A stretch of DNA of 64,000 bases, taken from the NCBI RefSeq assembly GCF_963921235.1, contig NC_086097.1, positions 177,384,001-177,448,000 on the forward strand, given 5' to 3'. Below are positions 23,711-35,640 of this stretch, one piece after another (the stretch's first letter is position 1; each line of letters begins with the position of its first letter). Source of the DNA: Mobula hypostoma (taxonomy: Eukaryota). Position numbers and translations under genes: made by a program. Under the pieces are notes generated by a model. It worked only from the letters and a program-made list of their open reading frames with translations. It made no database searches and was not told the origin of the DNA.

Positions 23711-25134
23711 TTGGAAACAACAATCAACATTGATATAAAGGAGATGTAAAGTCACAGAAAGATAGTGTTGGATGGTTTTAAACTTCTCAATTTTGATTAG
23801 GATTGCTTTAGTATAAAAGGCTTATCTGTAAAATGTTTGATTATTTACATTATACTCTACAATAGTGTCCTGCCAGAGATGGGATAGCTTTGAACTGGGA
23901 AACAAAACTAGGCAGTTGATGTATGTGATAGCGGGGAGCACTTTGGCAATAGTGACTATAACTCTGTAGTTTCAAGGTCGTGGAAGAAGGGTTAAGGTAG
24001 GTCCTCCAAGTTGAGATCTTGAGTAGGAGAAGGCTAATTTCAGGGGTGTAAGAGAGGATTCAGTGGAAGTAAATTTGTAGGTTAACTAACAGCTGACACG
24101 TAGGAGTTTTATTAAGTGGCTGCTTTTCTCTGCGGGGGTATTAAAGGTTCTTAAAAGACAGGAGTGAAAAGGATGAGGGTACAGATTAGGGAGAGTAATA
24201 CCTGGGATACCTCAAACCCTCTTTAAGATTCCTACCACTCAATTTAAACCCATTCTCCTTTTGCTCTACCTTCCATGGGGAAAAGATTAACTACCTATCT
24301 GTTCCTCTTGTAACTTTGGGTCACTCCTTGGCCTCTTTCACTCCAGTAAGAATAAATCTAGCCTATCCAATCTTTCACCATTATTGAAGTCTGTATTCAA
24401 GGTAGTGATTGGTCAATCTCCTCTGCACCGTCTCTATAGAGTGGCAACCAGAACTGTACACGTGTATTTACTGGTATGTAATAAAGTTGCACATAACATC
24501 CTATGTTCTGACCTGAAGACAAGCATGCCATTTGTTGCCTTCACACCCTACCTGCGTGTAACATTAAAATCTCTCTTCCCCTCATGTTATTTGTAAAAAC
24601 AACTGTTTCCTCCTTGTATCACAGGGGCGATGTTTATTCATTAACCAACATATCAAAAGAAAAATTTAATCTGATCACAAGAGTACAAGAAAATAGTGGC
24701 AGCAGTACTGTATTTGGCCATTTGACCCTGGCCTCAACTCCTCTTTCAGCATTGTGGGCTTTTACTTGGCTGCCTTAGTTCACCATAGTTCAGGTTCTCA
24801 ACTGTGGGATGACCAATTTTGTGCTACGAAAATTCAGATCTGCTTGCAGTGCAGAGAGACTGAGTATCACACCCTCAAAGGTTTCTATTGCACACTGGTA
24901 TTGGGATTTATTACAAAGTATAATCTATCATATCTATGTATGTCTCATTGTTTTATAATGGGAGAAGAGAGAATATTTGGGATGGGAGGGAGCTTTGATT
25001 ATGCTGTATTGAGGTCACAAGAAGTGTAGATGGAGTCCAAGGAGAGGAGGCATATTTCCACGATTAGCTGAATCATGTCTACAACTTTGCAGTTTCTTGT
25101 AACCACGAGCAGAGTAATTGCCTTGTGATGTGAT

Positions 25135-25470
25135 GGAGGCTTTGCTCATTCCTCCCAGTACCTTCCACCCCAGCTCCTGGGAAGGTTGTCTGGTCCCACA
25201 TTGACCTCATCGGCTACCTCAGAACTGGAATGCTAACAAGGTATGCTCGAGTCCCAGGAACCACCAAAGTGGAGGATGACTCTGAGAGGTGGGGGTGTCT
25301 GCAGAAAATCAGCCAGGGTGTCCTAAAGCATACTCTTTGGTCCACCTGTGAAATCTGGGCGTGTTTCCATGTTAATGAACCATATAAGTACAAATGCTGG
25401 CATATTCTTAAGGATATTGCCTTGATTTCCAGCAACATGCGTCGAAGCTACTTGGCTGGATGAGCTTAAT
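25135..25470 (+). mobile_element. Possible Tx1/L1-clade ORF2 C-terminal remnant
   Basis: Peptide ISQGVLKHTLWST resembles, from memory, the 'I..S.K..LW..RN' C-terminal motif of Tx1-like elements; weak. Confidence 0.3.
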
Positions 25471-25904
25471 TCGGACAAGCAGACATAGGACACTGGCAAA
25501 GCTGTAATGAAATAAGAGGTTAAGATGGGGAAACGTAGCAGTAAACCTAGATCGGGAGTCATTTTCTGCTTCCTTTGAATCCAAAAGCATTGCCTTAGTG
25601 TGGGAGCCTGTCAGATTAACATGTTACATGTTCAGTTTTGTTCATAAACTGTCATTGTTCTTTGATCTCCCTTTCACTTGCGTGCATCAGCATCACATAC
25701 AAAATATATGTCTGGAGCCTTCCTCACCTTCAGGCTTGTGATAATCAGAGACTTCAATGCTGCTGCCAATCACAGAATGGCTTCACTTCCCTGTGGGATG
25801 GGGTTAGGAAGCACTTCAGGGGCGTGGGTATCTGTAATTGTGCACCATGTTGAAGGTCAGAGTGAAGTGGCGAGCTCAGCAAGCTAATAAACTTTTCCCC
25901 CTAG

Positions 25905-28450
25905 TAACTTTGCAGATGATACGAAAATGGGTGTTGTCATAGATGGGGAACAGGAGTATCAAGCAGTGGGATCTTGACTGGAAAGGTGGGCGGAGGAATG
26001 GCAAATGGAATTCAATGTGGGTTTAAAAAATGTGTTCCAGTTTGGATGGACAAATCAAGGTAGGACTTCTACATTGAATAGAATAATTCTAATGCTGTAG
26101 ATCAGAGGGACCTTGGAGTATAGGTGCATAGATTCTGTAAGATAGTCACTGGTAGATAGGGTGGCAAAGAAAGCATTTTGCATGCTGGCTTTCATCAGTC
26201 AGGACATTGGTTATGTTGCAACACCACCAGACATTGGTGAGGCTACGGAGGTGGTCACCCCAAGATGCAGGAGGCAGATACCTGGGTGACTGTCAGGAGA
26301 AGGAAAGGAAATGGGCAGCCACAGTGACCAGGTCTCTGGCGCTAAGGCTCTGGAGGGGGGAACACTGCAGTAGTGATGGGCGATTCCATAGTTAGAGGAC
26401 TAGACATGAGATTTTTGTGGATGTGAAAAGAGACGCCCAGATATTATGTTGCTTCCCAGGTGCCAGGGTCAGGGACATCACTGATTGGGTCCACAGCATT
26501 CTAAAAGTGGAGGGAGAGTAGCCAGAAGATTTGGTACATATTGGAGCCAGGGGCATTGGTAGGAGAAGGGAAGAGGTCCTGAAGACAGAATTCAGGGAGT
26601 TGGATTGAAGGCTGAAAAGAAGGATGTGCTCCCTGTGGCATGAGCCAGTGAGGGGAAGAATAGGATGGTTTGGCATATGAAGGTGTGGCTGAGGAATTGA
26701 TGCAGGGGACAGGGATTCAGATTTCTGGATCATTGGGATCTTTTCTGAGGAAGGTATGAAATGTACAAAAGGGACAGGTTACACCTGAACCTGAGGGGAA
26801 CCAATATCCTTGCAGGCAGGTTTGCTAGAGCTTTTGGAGAGGGTTTAAACCTTTTTGGTAGGGGTATGGAAACTGGAGTGATAGTACTGAGATTGGGAAC
26901 TTGGTGTACAAGTAGATGCAGTGTAGAGTGAGACTGAGGAAGGACAGGCAGGTGATGAGGGCAAAATTGCAGTCTAGGATGAGTTAAAGCGCAGCATAGG
27001 GATAAAATCGAAAAAGGTGATGAATGCAGAACTGAAGGTGTTATATTTTTATGCAATATGTGGGATAAAGTAGATGATATTGTAGCACAGTTGGAGATTT
27101 GTAGGTACAACTTGGGCATCACTGAGTCGTGGTTGAACTAAGGTCATAGTTGGGAGCTTAATATCCTTGGATATACTTTGGGTATCCCAAGAGGGTTTGG
27201 AGTCACATGATAAATTAGGCCACTATCAGCATGGCTTTCTTAAGGGAATTCTTGCCTGACAAATCTGTTGGAATTCTTTGAGAAAATAACAAAGGAGACA
27301 ATAACAGGGTAGACAAAGGAGAATTGGTAGACGTTGTGTACTTGGAATTTCAGAAGGCTTTTGACAAGGCACCAAGTATGAGGCAGTTTATCAAGAGCCC
27401 ATGGTATTGCAGGAAAGAAACTAGCACGGATAGAGAATTGGCTGATTGGCAGGAGGCAAAGAGTGGGAATAAAGGGAGCCTTTTCTGATTGGCTGCCAGG
27501 GACTATTGGTGTTGGGGCCACTTCTTTATGCATTATATGTCAATGATTTAGATGATGGAATTGGTGGCTTTGTGGCCAAGTTTGTAGATAATGTGAAGAT
27601 GGATGGAGGGGCAGGTGGTATTGAGAAAGCAGGGAGGCTGTAGAGGGAGACAAATGAGAATGGGCAAAGAAATAACAGATGAAAAGTGGTGTCACCAAGT
27701 GTACGGTCATGCACTTTGGTTGAAGGAAAAAAAGTGTAGATTATTTTCCAAATGCGCAGAAAATTCAAAAATCCGAGATGCAAAGGGATTTGGGCATCCT
27801 CATGCAGGTTAAATCGATGAAGGGATAGACAAATGCATTCATTTCAAAAATACTAGAATTTAAAAGCAAGGATGTAACGCTGAGACTTTATAAGGCCTTG
27901 GTGAGGCCTCACTTGAAATATGAGCAGTTTTGGGCCTGTTATTTAAGGAAGTATGTACTGACATTGGAGACGCTTCAGAGGAGGTTCACAAAATGATTCT
28001 GGGAATGAAAGTGTATGGGGAATGTTTGAAGGCTGTAGGCATGTACTTGCTGGAACTTGGGAGAATGATGGGGATCTCACTGAAAGCTTTTGAATGTTGA
28101 AAAGCCTAGATAGAGTTGATGTGGAGAGGATTTTTTCTATAGTGGGTGAGTCTAGGAGCAGAGGGCACAGCCTCCGAATAGAGGAGCATCTACTTGGAAC
28201 AGAGATGAGGAGGACTTCCTTTAGCCAGAGGGTGGTGAATCTGTGGAATTCATTGCCGCAGGTGGCTGTGGAAATCTAATTATTTGGAATATTTAAAGCA
28301 GCGGTTGATAGATTCTTGATTATCCAAGGTGTGAAAGGTTATGAGGAGAAGGCAGGAAAATGGGTTTGAGTGGAAATGGATTGGCCAGGATGAAATGGTG
28401 GAAGAGACTTGGTGGGTCAAATGGCCTAATTCTGCTCTTATCTCTTGGTC
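25905..28450 (+). mobile_element. Composite of degenerate CR1 pieces: RT fragment (~25905-26245), ORF1 SGNH esterase plus start of ORF2 (~26250-27180), RT and 3' end (~27200-28450)
   Basis: FADDTKMG at 25910. VVMGDSIVRG, CCFPGARVRDI, VHIGA and DRLHLNLRGTNILAGRF give SGNH blocks I, II, III and V. GNSCLTNLLEFFE, VYLEFQKAFDK and SRGHSLRI...SQRVVNLWNSLP follow. Confidence 0.85.
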
Positions 28451-29234
28451 TAAATTGCATACAGTTTGAATGTGTTGAATTAAGTCATGTGTTTGTGTGC
28501 TAATTTTAGCTATCTGTTTTGTTCCTGATCTTGCATTCGCAAGTGAAATCCAGTGCCAGTTTTAAAAATATTAATAATTTAAGGATCTTGTTCTGCTTCT
28601 AAAACCAGTTGTAATAAAATTCTGTGTCCTTTCAAATTCAACCAATTATTCTTGATCATAATTCTTTTAAAATGAGTGCTAAGTTCAAAAAATAATGACG
28701 TAAAATTCATTTGATCAAACACAAAGCTTCTCCTGGGGAAATATTCCCAGAAAGGAGGACCATAGATGGGCTGTGTAAGGATAGTATAGGGCAGATTTGC
28801 TGGACAGAAACTCAGTGCTGAGTGAAATACGTGCTGTGTTCGTAAAGGAAGAGAGAGATTTGACCAGCATTGTTTACTGTGGCTGCCATCGATTGCACAA
28901 GTTGTGGTTCGAGAGTTGGCAGCTTGCCAATCCTTTTTTAATACACAAATACATACATGTTCTTTAGCGATCAATATACCCAGGGTCTTTGGCTGGGGGC
29001 TGATCAATACAATGTAATGAAGTCACTGCTCCACTTAAACCTAATGATTGCTAAGGGAGGTTAGGCAGCTGCACTAAATTTTATTTCAGTTGTACATCCA
29101 CTACATTTGCTCTTGGTTAGTCACTGTCCCTCGTCTCCTTCTATCTGCCCCTTCCTCTCCCATTCTGTCTAATAACATATGTAGTTGCTGGCCAATATTA
29201 ATCGGAGAGAGAGACAGACAGACACACATCTGTA

Positions 29235-29705
29235 GCAATATTTGAAGGTGCTACAGGAACTCAGCAGGTCAGACAGTATCTATGGAAATGAATAAGCAGT
29301 TTATGTTTTGGGCTGAGATCCTTCAGGACTGGAAAAGAAGGGGTAAGAAGGTGAATATCGATTTCTCCAACTTCCTGTAATTTTTTCCCATACCCTTTCC
29401 CTCTTGTATTCCCCACTCTGGCCGCCACCATACCTATTCTCTTCTCATCTACCTATCACCTCCCCTGTTGTCCCTCCAGCTTTCCCTTCCCCCCATGGTC
29501 CACTCTCCTCTCCTATCAAATTCCTTTTCCATTGATCACCTCCCAGCTTCTTGATTCATCCTCCCCCTCCCACCAACCAGCCAGCTTGTACTCCTTTCTC
29601 TCCCTCTCTTTACCTTGTACTAGCTTCTTTCTCCTTCATTTCTGTAGATAACTACCTGACCTGAGTTCCTGCAGCATTTTGTGTGAATTGCTCTGGATTT
29701 CAGTC
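29235..29705 (+). mobile_element. Penelope-like element 3' end preceded by an inverted terminal-repeat fragment
   Basis: 29235-29345 is the family repeat in minus orientation. 29351-29380 encodes VNIDFSNFL*, resembling the G(L/M)N..F terminus after the PLE GIY-YIG domain. Then a C/T-rich 3' UTR and CTGACCTGAGTTCCTGCAGCATTTTGTGTG. Confidence 0.6.
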
Positions 29706-30474
29706 AGCGATTTAACTCAAATTTTCCACAATAGACCTGAGCTTCCTGACAGAATGGGACCAGCCTCCCGATGGACAAAAATCAGGTGGCATTTGTTCTG
29801 TTTTCTTTTTCTTACCCCACCCCCTCCTCCAAATTTCCACATGATGTTCCAGACTTACTGGGAAGGTTGTGTTTTCAAAAAGCAACATTTTGGGATGCTC
29901 CTTAAACAGAATTGATTATTACCAGTATTCCCCATGGATTATCCTTGTCTGTAAGTGCAGGTTGGGGTGATATGCCTGTTGTGATAATGGTTCCTGTATT
30001 CCTGTACTTGGCTAAAAGCCTTTGAAAAAACATTTTCCCTGATGTGCCAGATGTATAGTATCTGACAGGGCTTCAGTTAAAATTCCAGTAAGGCAGTTGA
30101 TTGCGATTTTTCCATGTACTTGTTTATACACTCCCCCCCCCAAGTAGATCGTTGTGTTGATGCAGTGGATGTGTTGCTGGACATGTAATGAAAAGCTATG
30201 TGGGGCACTGAAATTCCTCCATCCATTACCATCTTTAGGAAGATATTTCCGAGTATTATAGGCCAAAGTAATCACAATGTTGTTGCTTAAAACATGCAAA
30301 AATCTTTCCCTTGTCCAAACTGCAATTGGGCAGGAGGTATTTCCCATACGAACAGGTTCAAGAACAGCTATTTCTGTTCAACCACGATGCTATGTACCAG
30401 CGATGTTGCTGCAAATAAGTTTTTCATTGCACCTGTGTACGTGTGTACTTGTGAATATTATGCCTACTGAATAT

Positions 30475-30820
30475 TGAAAGGCCCAGGGAGTGGACATGGC
30501 GAAAATGTTCCCAATAGTGGGAGAGCTGAGGATCAGAGGCATATTCTCAGAATAAAAGGATGTCCCTTTAGTAAGGAGTTGAGGAGGAATTTCTTCATCC
30601 AGAGGGTGGTGAATATGTGGAATTCATTGACACCTTTACTAAACAATAACGTACCAAACTCCACCTTAAACGTACTAATGGCTTTGCCTCCACAGCCATC
30701 TGGCAAAGGTAACAGACAGAAGTATGAGAATGGGGTTGAGAAGGAAATTAGACCACCCATGATAGAATGTTGGAGCAGACTCAGTGGGATGAATGGCCTA
30801 CATTTGCACCTGTCTTATGC
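30475..30820 (+). mobile_element. CR1 3' fragment with a 74-bp internal inversion (30630-30703)
   Basis: LRRNFFIQRVVNMWNSL, then the reverse complement of the expected next segment, then normal continuation. Confidence 0.85.
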
Positions 30821-32754
30821 TCCAGAAATTCCTGTTGACTTTTGTTGGTCACACAGTGAAGAACAGCTATTGTGCCAAATGTATTTTAAACTTTTTATGA
30901 TCTTGCTATCCAAATTACCTCCATGTTATAGTCTCAACTGAAATCGATACAGTCCCCCACCAAGGGGTTTGTGCATTCCAGGATGGGAACTCCACATTTA
31001 GAAGAAAAGGGATATAATGTTCATGGGAATACCAACAGCATTCTGTAATGCAGAAACAGGCCCTATAGCCCTTCTAGTTCTTCCTAGTCCTCAGTGCCTG
31101 TCTGCATTTATGCTATCTATACCTCTCGTAATTTTGTATACCTTTGTTGGCAGGTTCCTCTGATGTTCACATCATCAGACTTGGAAATAAATCATTGGTT
31201 CTTCAGCACTTACTCTGAACCCTGGGACCACGAGTTCCCTCATCAGAAGGGCAATTAGTTCAAGCTGGTGACTCCCTCCCAACCCTCTAGAGGGGCATTT
31301 TGGGATGGGCACTAAATGTTTCACCACTGGGATCTAACAGCCTGCCTGCTACCTAGGCCAGAGATCAAGAATACTTCCCAAAACATCTCCTCTCCTCTCT
31401 TCTTCTCTCCCCCCCCCCCACCCCAGCCCCAAAGTTGCTCTTCAGACCCACTCTGCATGAAGTACAAAGTTAGCATGCAAGTGTAGCAAATAATTGGAAA
31501 AACAGATCGCACGTAGCTGTTGCCAAGGGTGATGAGTATGAAAGTGCTGAAGTTTGCTTTTACTGTACAGGGTATTGTTGCGATCACAGCTGGAATGTTG
31601 GCTTCCTAATTTATTCTGATGGTTATTGGCATTGGAGGCTATTCAGAGTAATTCACCACCGGGTAATGGCAGTCAGGAAGAAAAACTGAAGATGATGAAA
31701 ATCTGAAGTAAACACTAAATACTAGTAACTTACCTGGTCAGGCAACATGAAGAACTGTATTCAGATTTATTACCACTGCTTTCTATGTTGTGAGACTTGT
31801 TTTGTGGCAGCAATACAGTGCAAAAGTGTAAAATTACTGTTGCAGTATGAAGGAATAATGAGGCAGTGTTTTTGGACCATTCAGAAATCTGATGTTGGAA
31901 GGGAAGAAGTTTCTGAATCAATCTTTCAAACTCTTGTACCTACCGTGGTGGTAATGAGAAAAGGACATGTTACAAATGGTGAGAATCCCTAGTGATGCCA
32001 CCTTCTTTTAAGGCACTGCTTCCTGTTTGTTTAGAGATGCAACCCAACCCCTTCCAGCCCAACGAGCCCATGTCGAACTGGAGCACCTGGAGGAGACCCG
32101 TACTGTCCTGTGGAATTGTACTAACTCCTTACATACAGTGGAATTGTTCCCAGGCCACTCATGTAATAGTATTTCATTAACTGTGCCGATACAGCACCAT
32201 CCCACTTGAAGGTGGCCTCAGTGGTGGGGAGGGTTGTTCCTGTGATAGAGCTGGTTTGCAGCTCTGCAGTTTTTTGTGATCTTGTACATTGGAGCCTCCA
32301 TGCCAGGCTGTGATGCAACCAGTCAGAACGCTCCCCACTGTACATCTATGGAAATTTGTAAGAATCTGGTGACGTAGTGAATCTCCTCAAACTTCTAATG
32401 AAGTATGAGGTTGTCTTGGGTGGGAAAAGTTGACCAAAGGACAAACGGACGTCGAAGCATTCAAGATTTAGAGGGGCGATTGGAATGGGTGCTGGAAGAG
32501 TGGGGCTTGAGTGCTTGGTGGTACTGTTGAAGAGGGAGGAGTCTTCCAGCTCAAGCAGATGAGGAATGAACTCCCTCTGCGAGTCGGGAAACTTTGGAGT
32601 TTTGTTGCAGGTAGAGATAAGAATGGAAGAAGAAAGTCATTGAATATTGGGATGGTTGTTTGGTATGGGAACACTCAGTTGAGGTTGTTGGAGAATGGGT
32701 AGGCACGTGGGATTGATGCCATGATGAGATCAGTGTGATCTTATCAAAACTTAT

Positions 32755-33165
32755 CTGGGTGCATCATGGCTTGGTACGGCAACTGCATTGCCTGAAACCA
32801 AAAGAAACTGCAGAGAGTTGTGGACACAGCTCAACACATCATGGAAAATAGCCAACATAATCAAAGATCCCACCCTCACTGGCTATTTTGTCTTCTTCCC
32901 CACCACCAAGGTCGGAGTTTCTATCCACTGTTGTTCAAACTATTGAGTGGTCCCCTAGAACCGTAAGATGCACCCTTAACCTGGCAATCTACCTCATTAT
33001 AACCTTGAACCTTATTGTCTACCTGCACTGTTCTTTCTCTATTACTCTAACACTGTATACATTCTGTTATTTGTTTCCCTTGTACTACCTCAATGTGCTA
33101 ATGTGATGAACTGATCTGTACGGGTGGCATGAAAATCACTGCCTGGTACCAGTGACGGTAATAAA
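32755..33165 (+). mobile_element. Rex1/Babar-like LINE 3' fragment
   Basis: TGCATCATGGCTTGGTACGGCAACTGC...AAACTGCAGAGAGTTGTGGACACAGC...AATAAAC tail. Confidence 0.7.
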
Positions 33166-33859
33166 CCTTGTGTTCTTGGAGGCTTTGTGGCTCAGGGTCA
33201 GATGTTTAAGGCTGTAGTGAAGGCCATTGGAAGTTTTGAAGGTTGGATGGCAGGTCTATCCACCAGTGCATTGGTCTGTCTGGATGATTGCTCTGTGGCG
33301 CGTGGAGCTTGCTGTTACTGAAGTCAAATGAGCCATCCTCGTCAGGAAATGAAGGGAGAGACATTGGAAAACATTCACCAGATGGTGTGCTGAAGGGAAT
33401 TTGAGAAAATAAGTAAATCGATTGCTATCAGTAAATGTCTTTCTGACATTTCCAGCGTCTGAGCTAACATCACTTACCTCTGCTGTGTTTTTTTGTCTCT
33501 TGTGCTGATGCATTAAAATGGATTGCTGCTTGGGGTCAGGCATGTCAAGGTTTTGAACTGGAATGAAATTCCCCAGCTGCTTTCCTTTGGAGATGCTTTA
33601 TGGTGTTTTTTTTTCAGAAAAACAGGACTGTTTGGTTTACTGTGCTTTTCATTTTTACCAAGATACTGTTCTTTAACTTAACTGGACTCGAACCCACATT
33701 CAACCTCCTGCATGTGGGATTGCCTATTCCATTAAATGGTGGACCTGTGTGGAGGTGTGTTCTCAGCTCCAGGTCAACTGAGATGTAGTATGCACAGTGT
33801 TACAATCACACAGAGGTACGGCATGGAAACAGGATGGCAGAATTGATGGCTTTGTGGCC

Positions 33860-34100
33860 AGGGTCAACACCTCTTTACAGTAGCAGTGATCTCCAATTGG
33901 TGTTCAATACCCACCGTTCTCTGTAAGGAGTTTGCATGTTCTCCCTGTGTCCACAGGAGCTTCTCCAGTTGCTCTGGGTTCCTCCTGCATCCCAAAGACG
34001 TGTGGTTAGGGCTGTGGGCACGCTGCATTGGTACGGGAAGTGTGCTGGCACTTGCAGGCTGTCCCCAGCATAATGGCCGTTGACGCAAATAAAGCTAATC
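33860..34100 (+). mobile_element. V-SINE-like element
   Basis: B-box-like GTTCAATACC, then CTGTAAGGAGTTTGCATGTTCTCCCTGTG...GGGTTCCTCCTGCATCCCAAAGACGTG, ending AATAAAGCTAATCTT. Confidence 0.7.
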
Positions 34101-34109
34101 TTTTAAAAA

Positions 34110-34555
34110 GTTTGTGGATGATTGAAGATGGATGGAGGGGCTGGTAGTGCTGAGGAAGCAGGGAGTTTGCGGCAGGACTTGGACAGATTAGGAGGATGGG
34201 CAAAGATGGAATATAGTGTAGCGAAGTATATGGTCATTCACTTTGGTAGAAGGAATAAAGATGTAGACTATTTTCTATATGGGGAGCGAATTCAGAAATT
34301 GGAGGTGCAAAGGGACTGGGGACTCCCTAATGGTGAATTGTAGGTGGAGGCTGTAGTAGGGAAAGCAATTATAGTGTTAGCATTCATTTCAGGAAGACTA
34401 GAGCATAAATGTAATGCTGATGTTTCATAAGACATTGGTCAGACTGCATTTGGAGTATTATGAGCATCTTTGGGCCCCGTATCTATATAAGAAATGATAT
34501 GCTGGTATTGGAGAGGGTCCAGAGGAGAGTAAGGATGATCCTGGGAACGAAAGGG
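34110..34555 (+). mobile_element. CR1 RT fragment
   Basis: KMDGGAGSAEEAGSLRQDLDRLGGWAK...HFGRRN...QRD; colinear with 12680-13130. Confidence 0.85.
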
Positions 34556-34854
34556 TTTGAACTTTGGTTCAGGCCAGTGGATTGTTTGTTCTGTGATTTG
34601 ACTGCCATGCCACTAACGATGTCCACGTTGCTTTCAATGAAGGGGCAATTTAGTGAAGACCGCCAGACTTACAAAGGATTTTGGTAAAGTCAGTAGCAAT
34701 GGTGATGGTTACCCAGGGATACACATTTTGATGGAAAGAAGTTTATTGTATAGTGAGCTAGATCTGGAACATTCTGACTGGAAGATCTGATTTTCAATGA
34801 GAAAGCGCTTACAAGGCATTGGGGGAAAGGGGATGAACTGTCTGGTTGGCAAAT

Positions 34855-35640
34855 TGGTTTATTATTGTCACATGTACTGAGCTGAAAAACTTTTGTTTTT
34901 CTCACCATCCGTACAGATCATTTCACCACATCAGTGTATTGAGGAAGTACAAGAGAGAAGCAATAACAGAAGGCAGAATAAAGTACAACAGTTACAGAGA
35001 AGATGCATGGTAGACAGACTATAAGGTGCAAGGGCTATAATGAGATAAATTGTGAGGCTGAGTCCATCTGTGTACAGGGCAGGGGGAGCATTCTTGATCT
35101 AGAAGAGTGGAATAGAAGCTGTTCTTTGCCTGGTGGTACTTGATTTCCGTCATTTCCTTTCTTCTCCACCCCCGCCTCCCCCAACTCCCACCCTGGCCAG
35201 GTAAGAGAAAATGTTGGCGGTGGGTGGTGTCTGGTTATATTGGTTGCCTTACTGAGACGGTGAGGAGTGCAGACAAAGGCTCGTTTATGTGATGTGCTGA
35301 GCTGCATCTACAACTCTCTGAAGTCTCTTCAGGCTTCAGGTAAAGTAGTTTACAAGCTGTGATGCACTCAGGTAGGATACTCTGAGATGCATCGATTTAT
35401 TAAACAAATAAATTGGTTAAGATCAAAGGGGATATTCTTTAGCCTCATGAAGTTGAAGTGCTGATGCACTTCCCTGGTCATGGGATCTCTATGTAATTGG
35501 ACCAAGACAGACTTTTGAAATTTGCTCCAAGGAACTTGAAGCTCTCAACCTTCTTGAACTCGGGACCATTGATGTAAACAGGAGAGTTCGCACTGGCCCC
35601 TTGAAGTTGATGGCTAACTCTTTTGTTTTGCTGACATTGG
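34855..35640 (-). mobile_element. Rex1/Babar-like LINE 3' region
   Basis: Minus peptides NVSKTKELAINFK and KKVESFKFLG...SLSWSNYI, plus a GGTTTATTATTGTCACATG tail. Confidence 0.7.
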
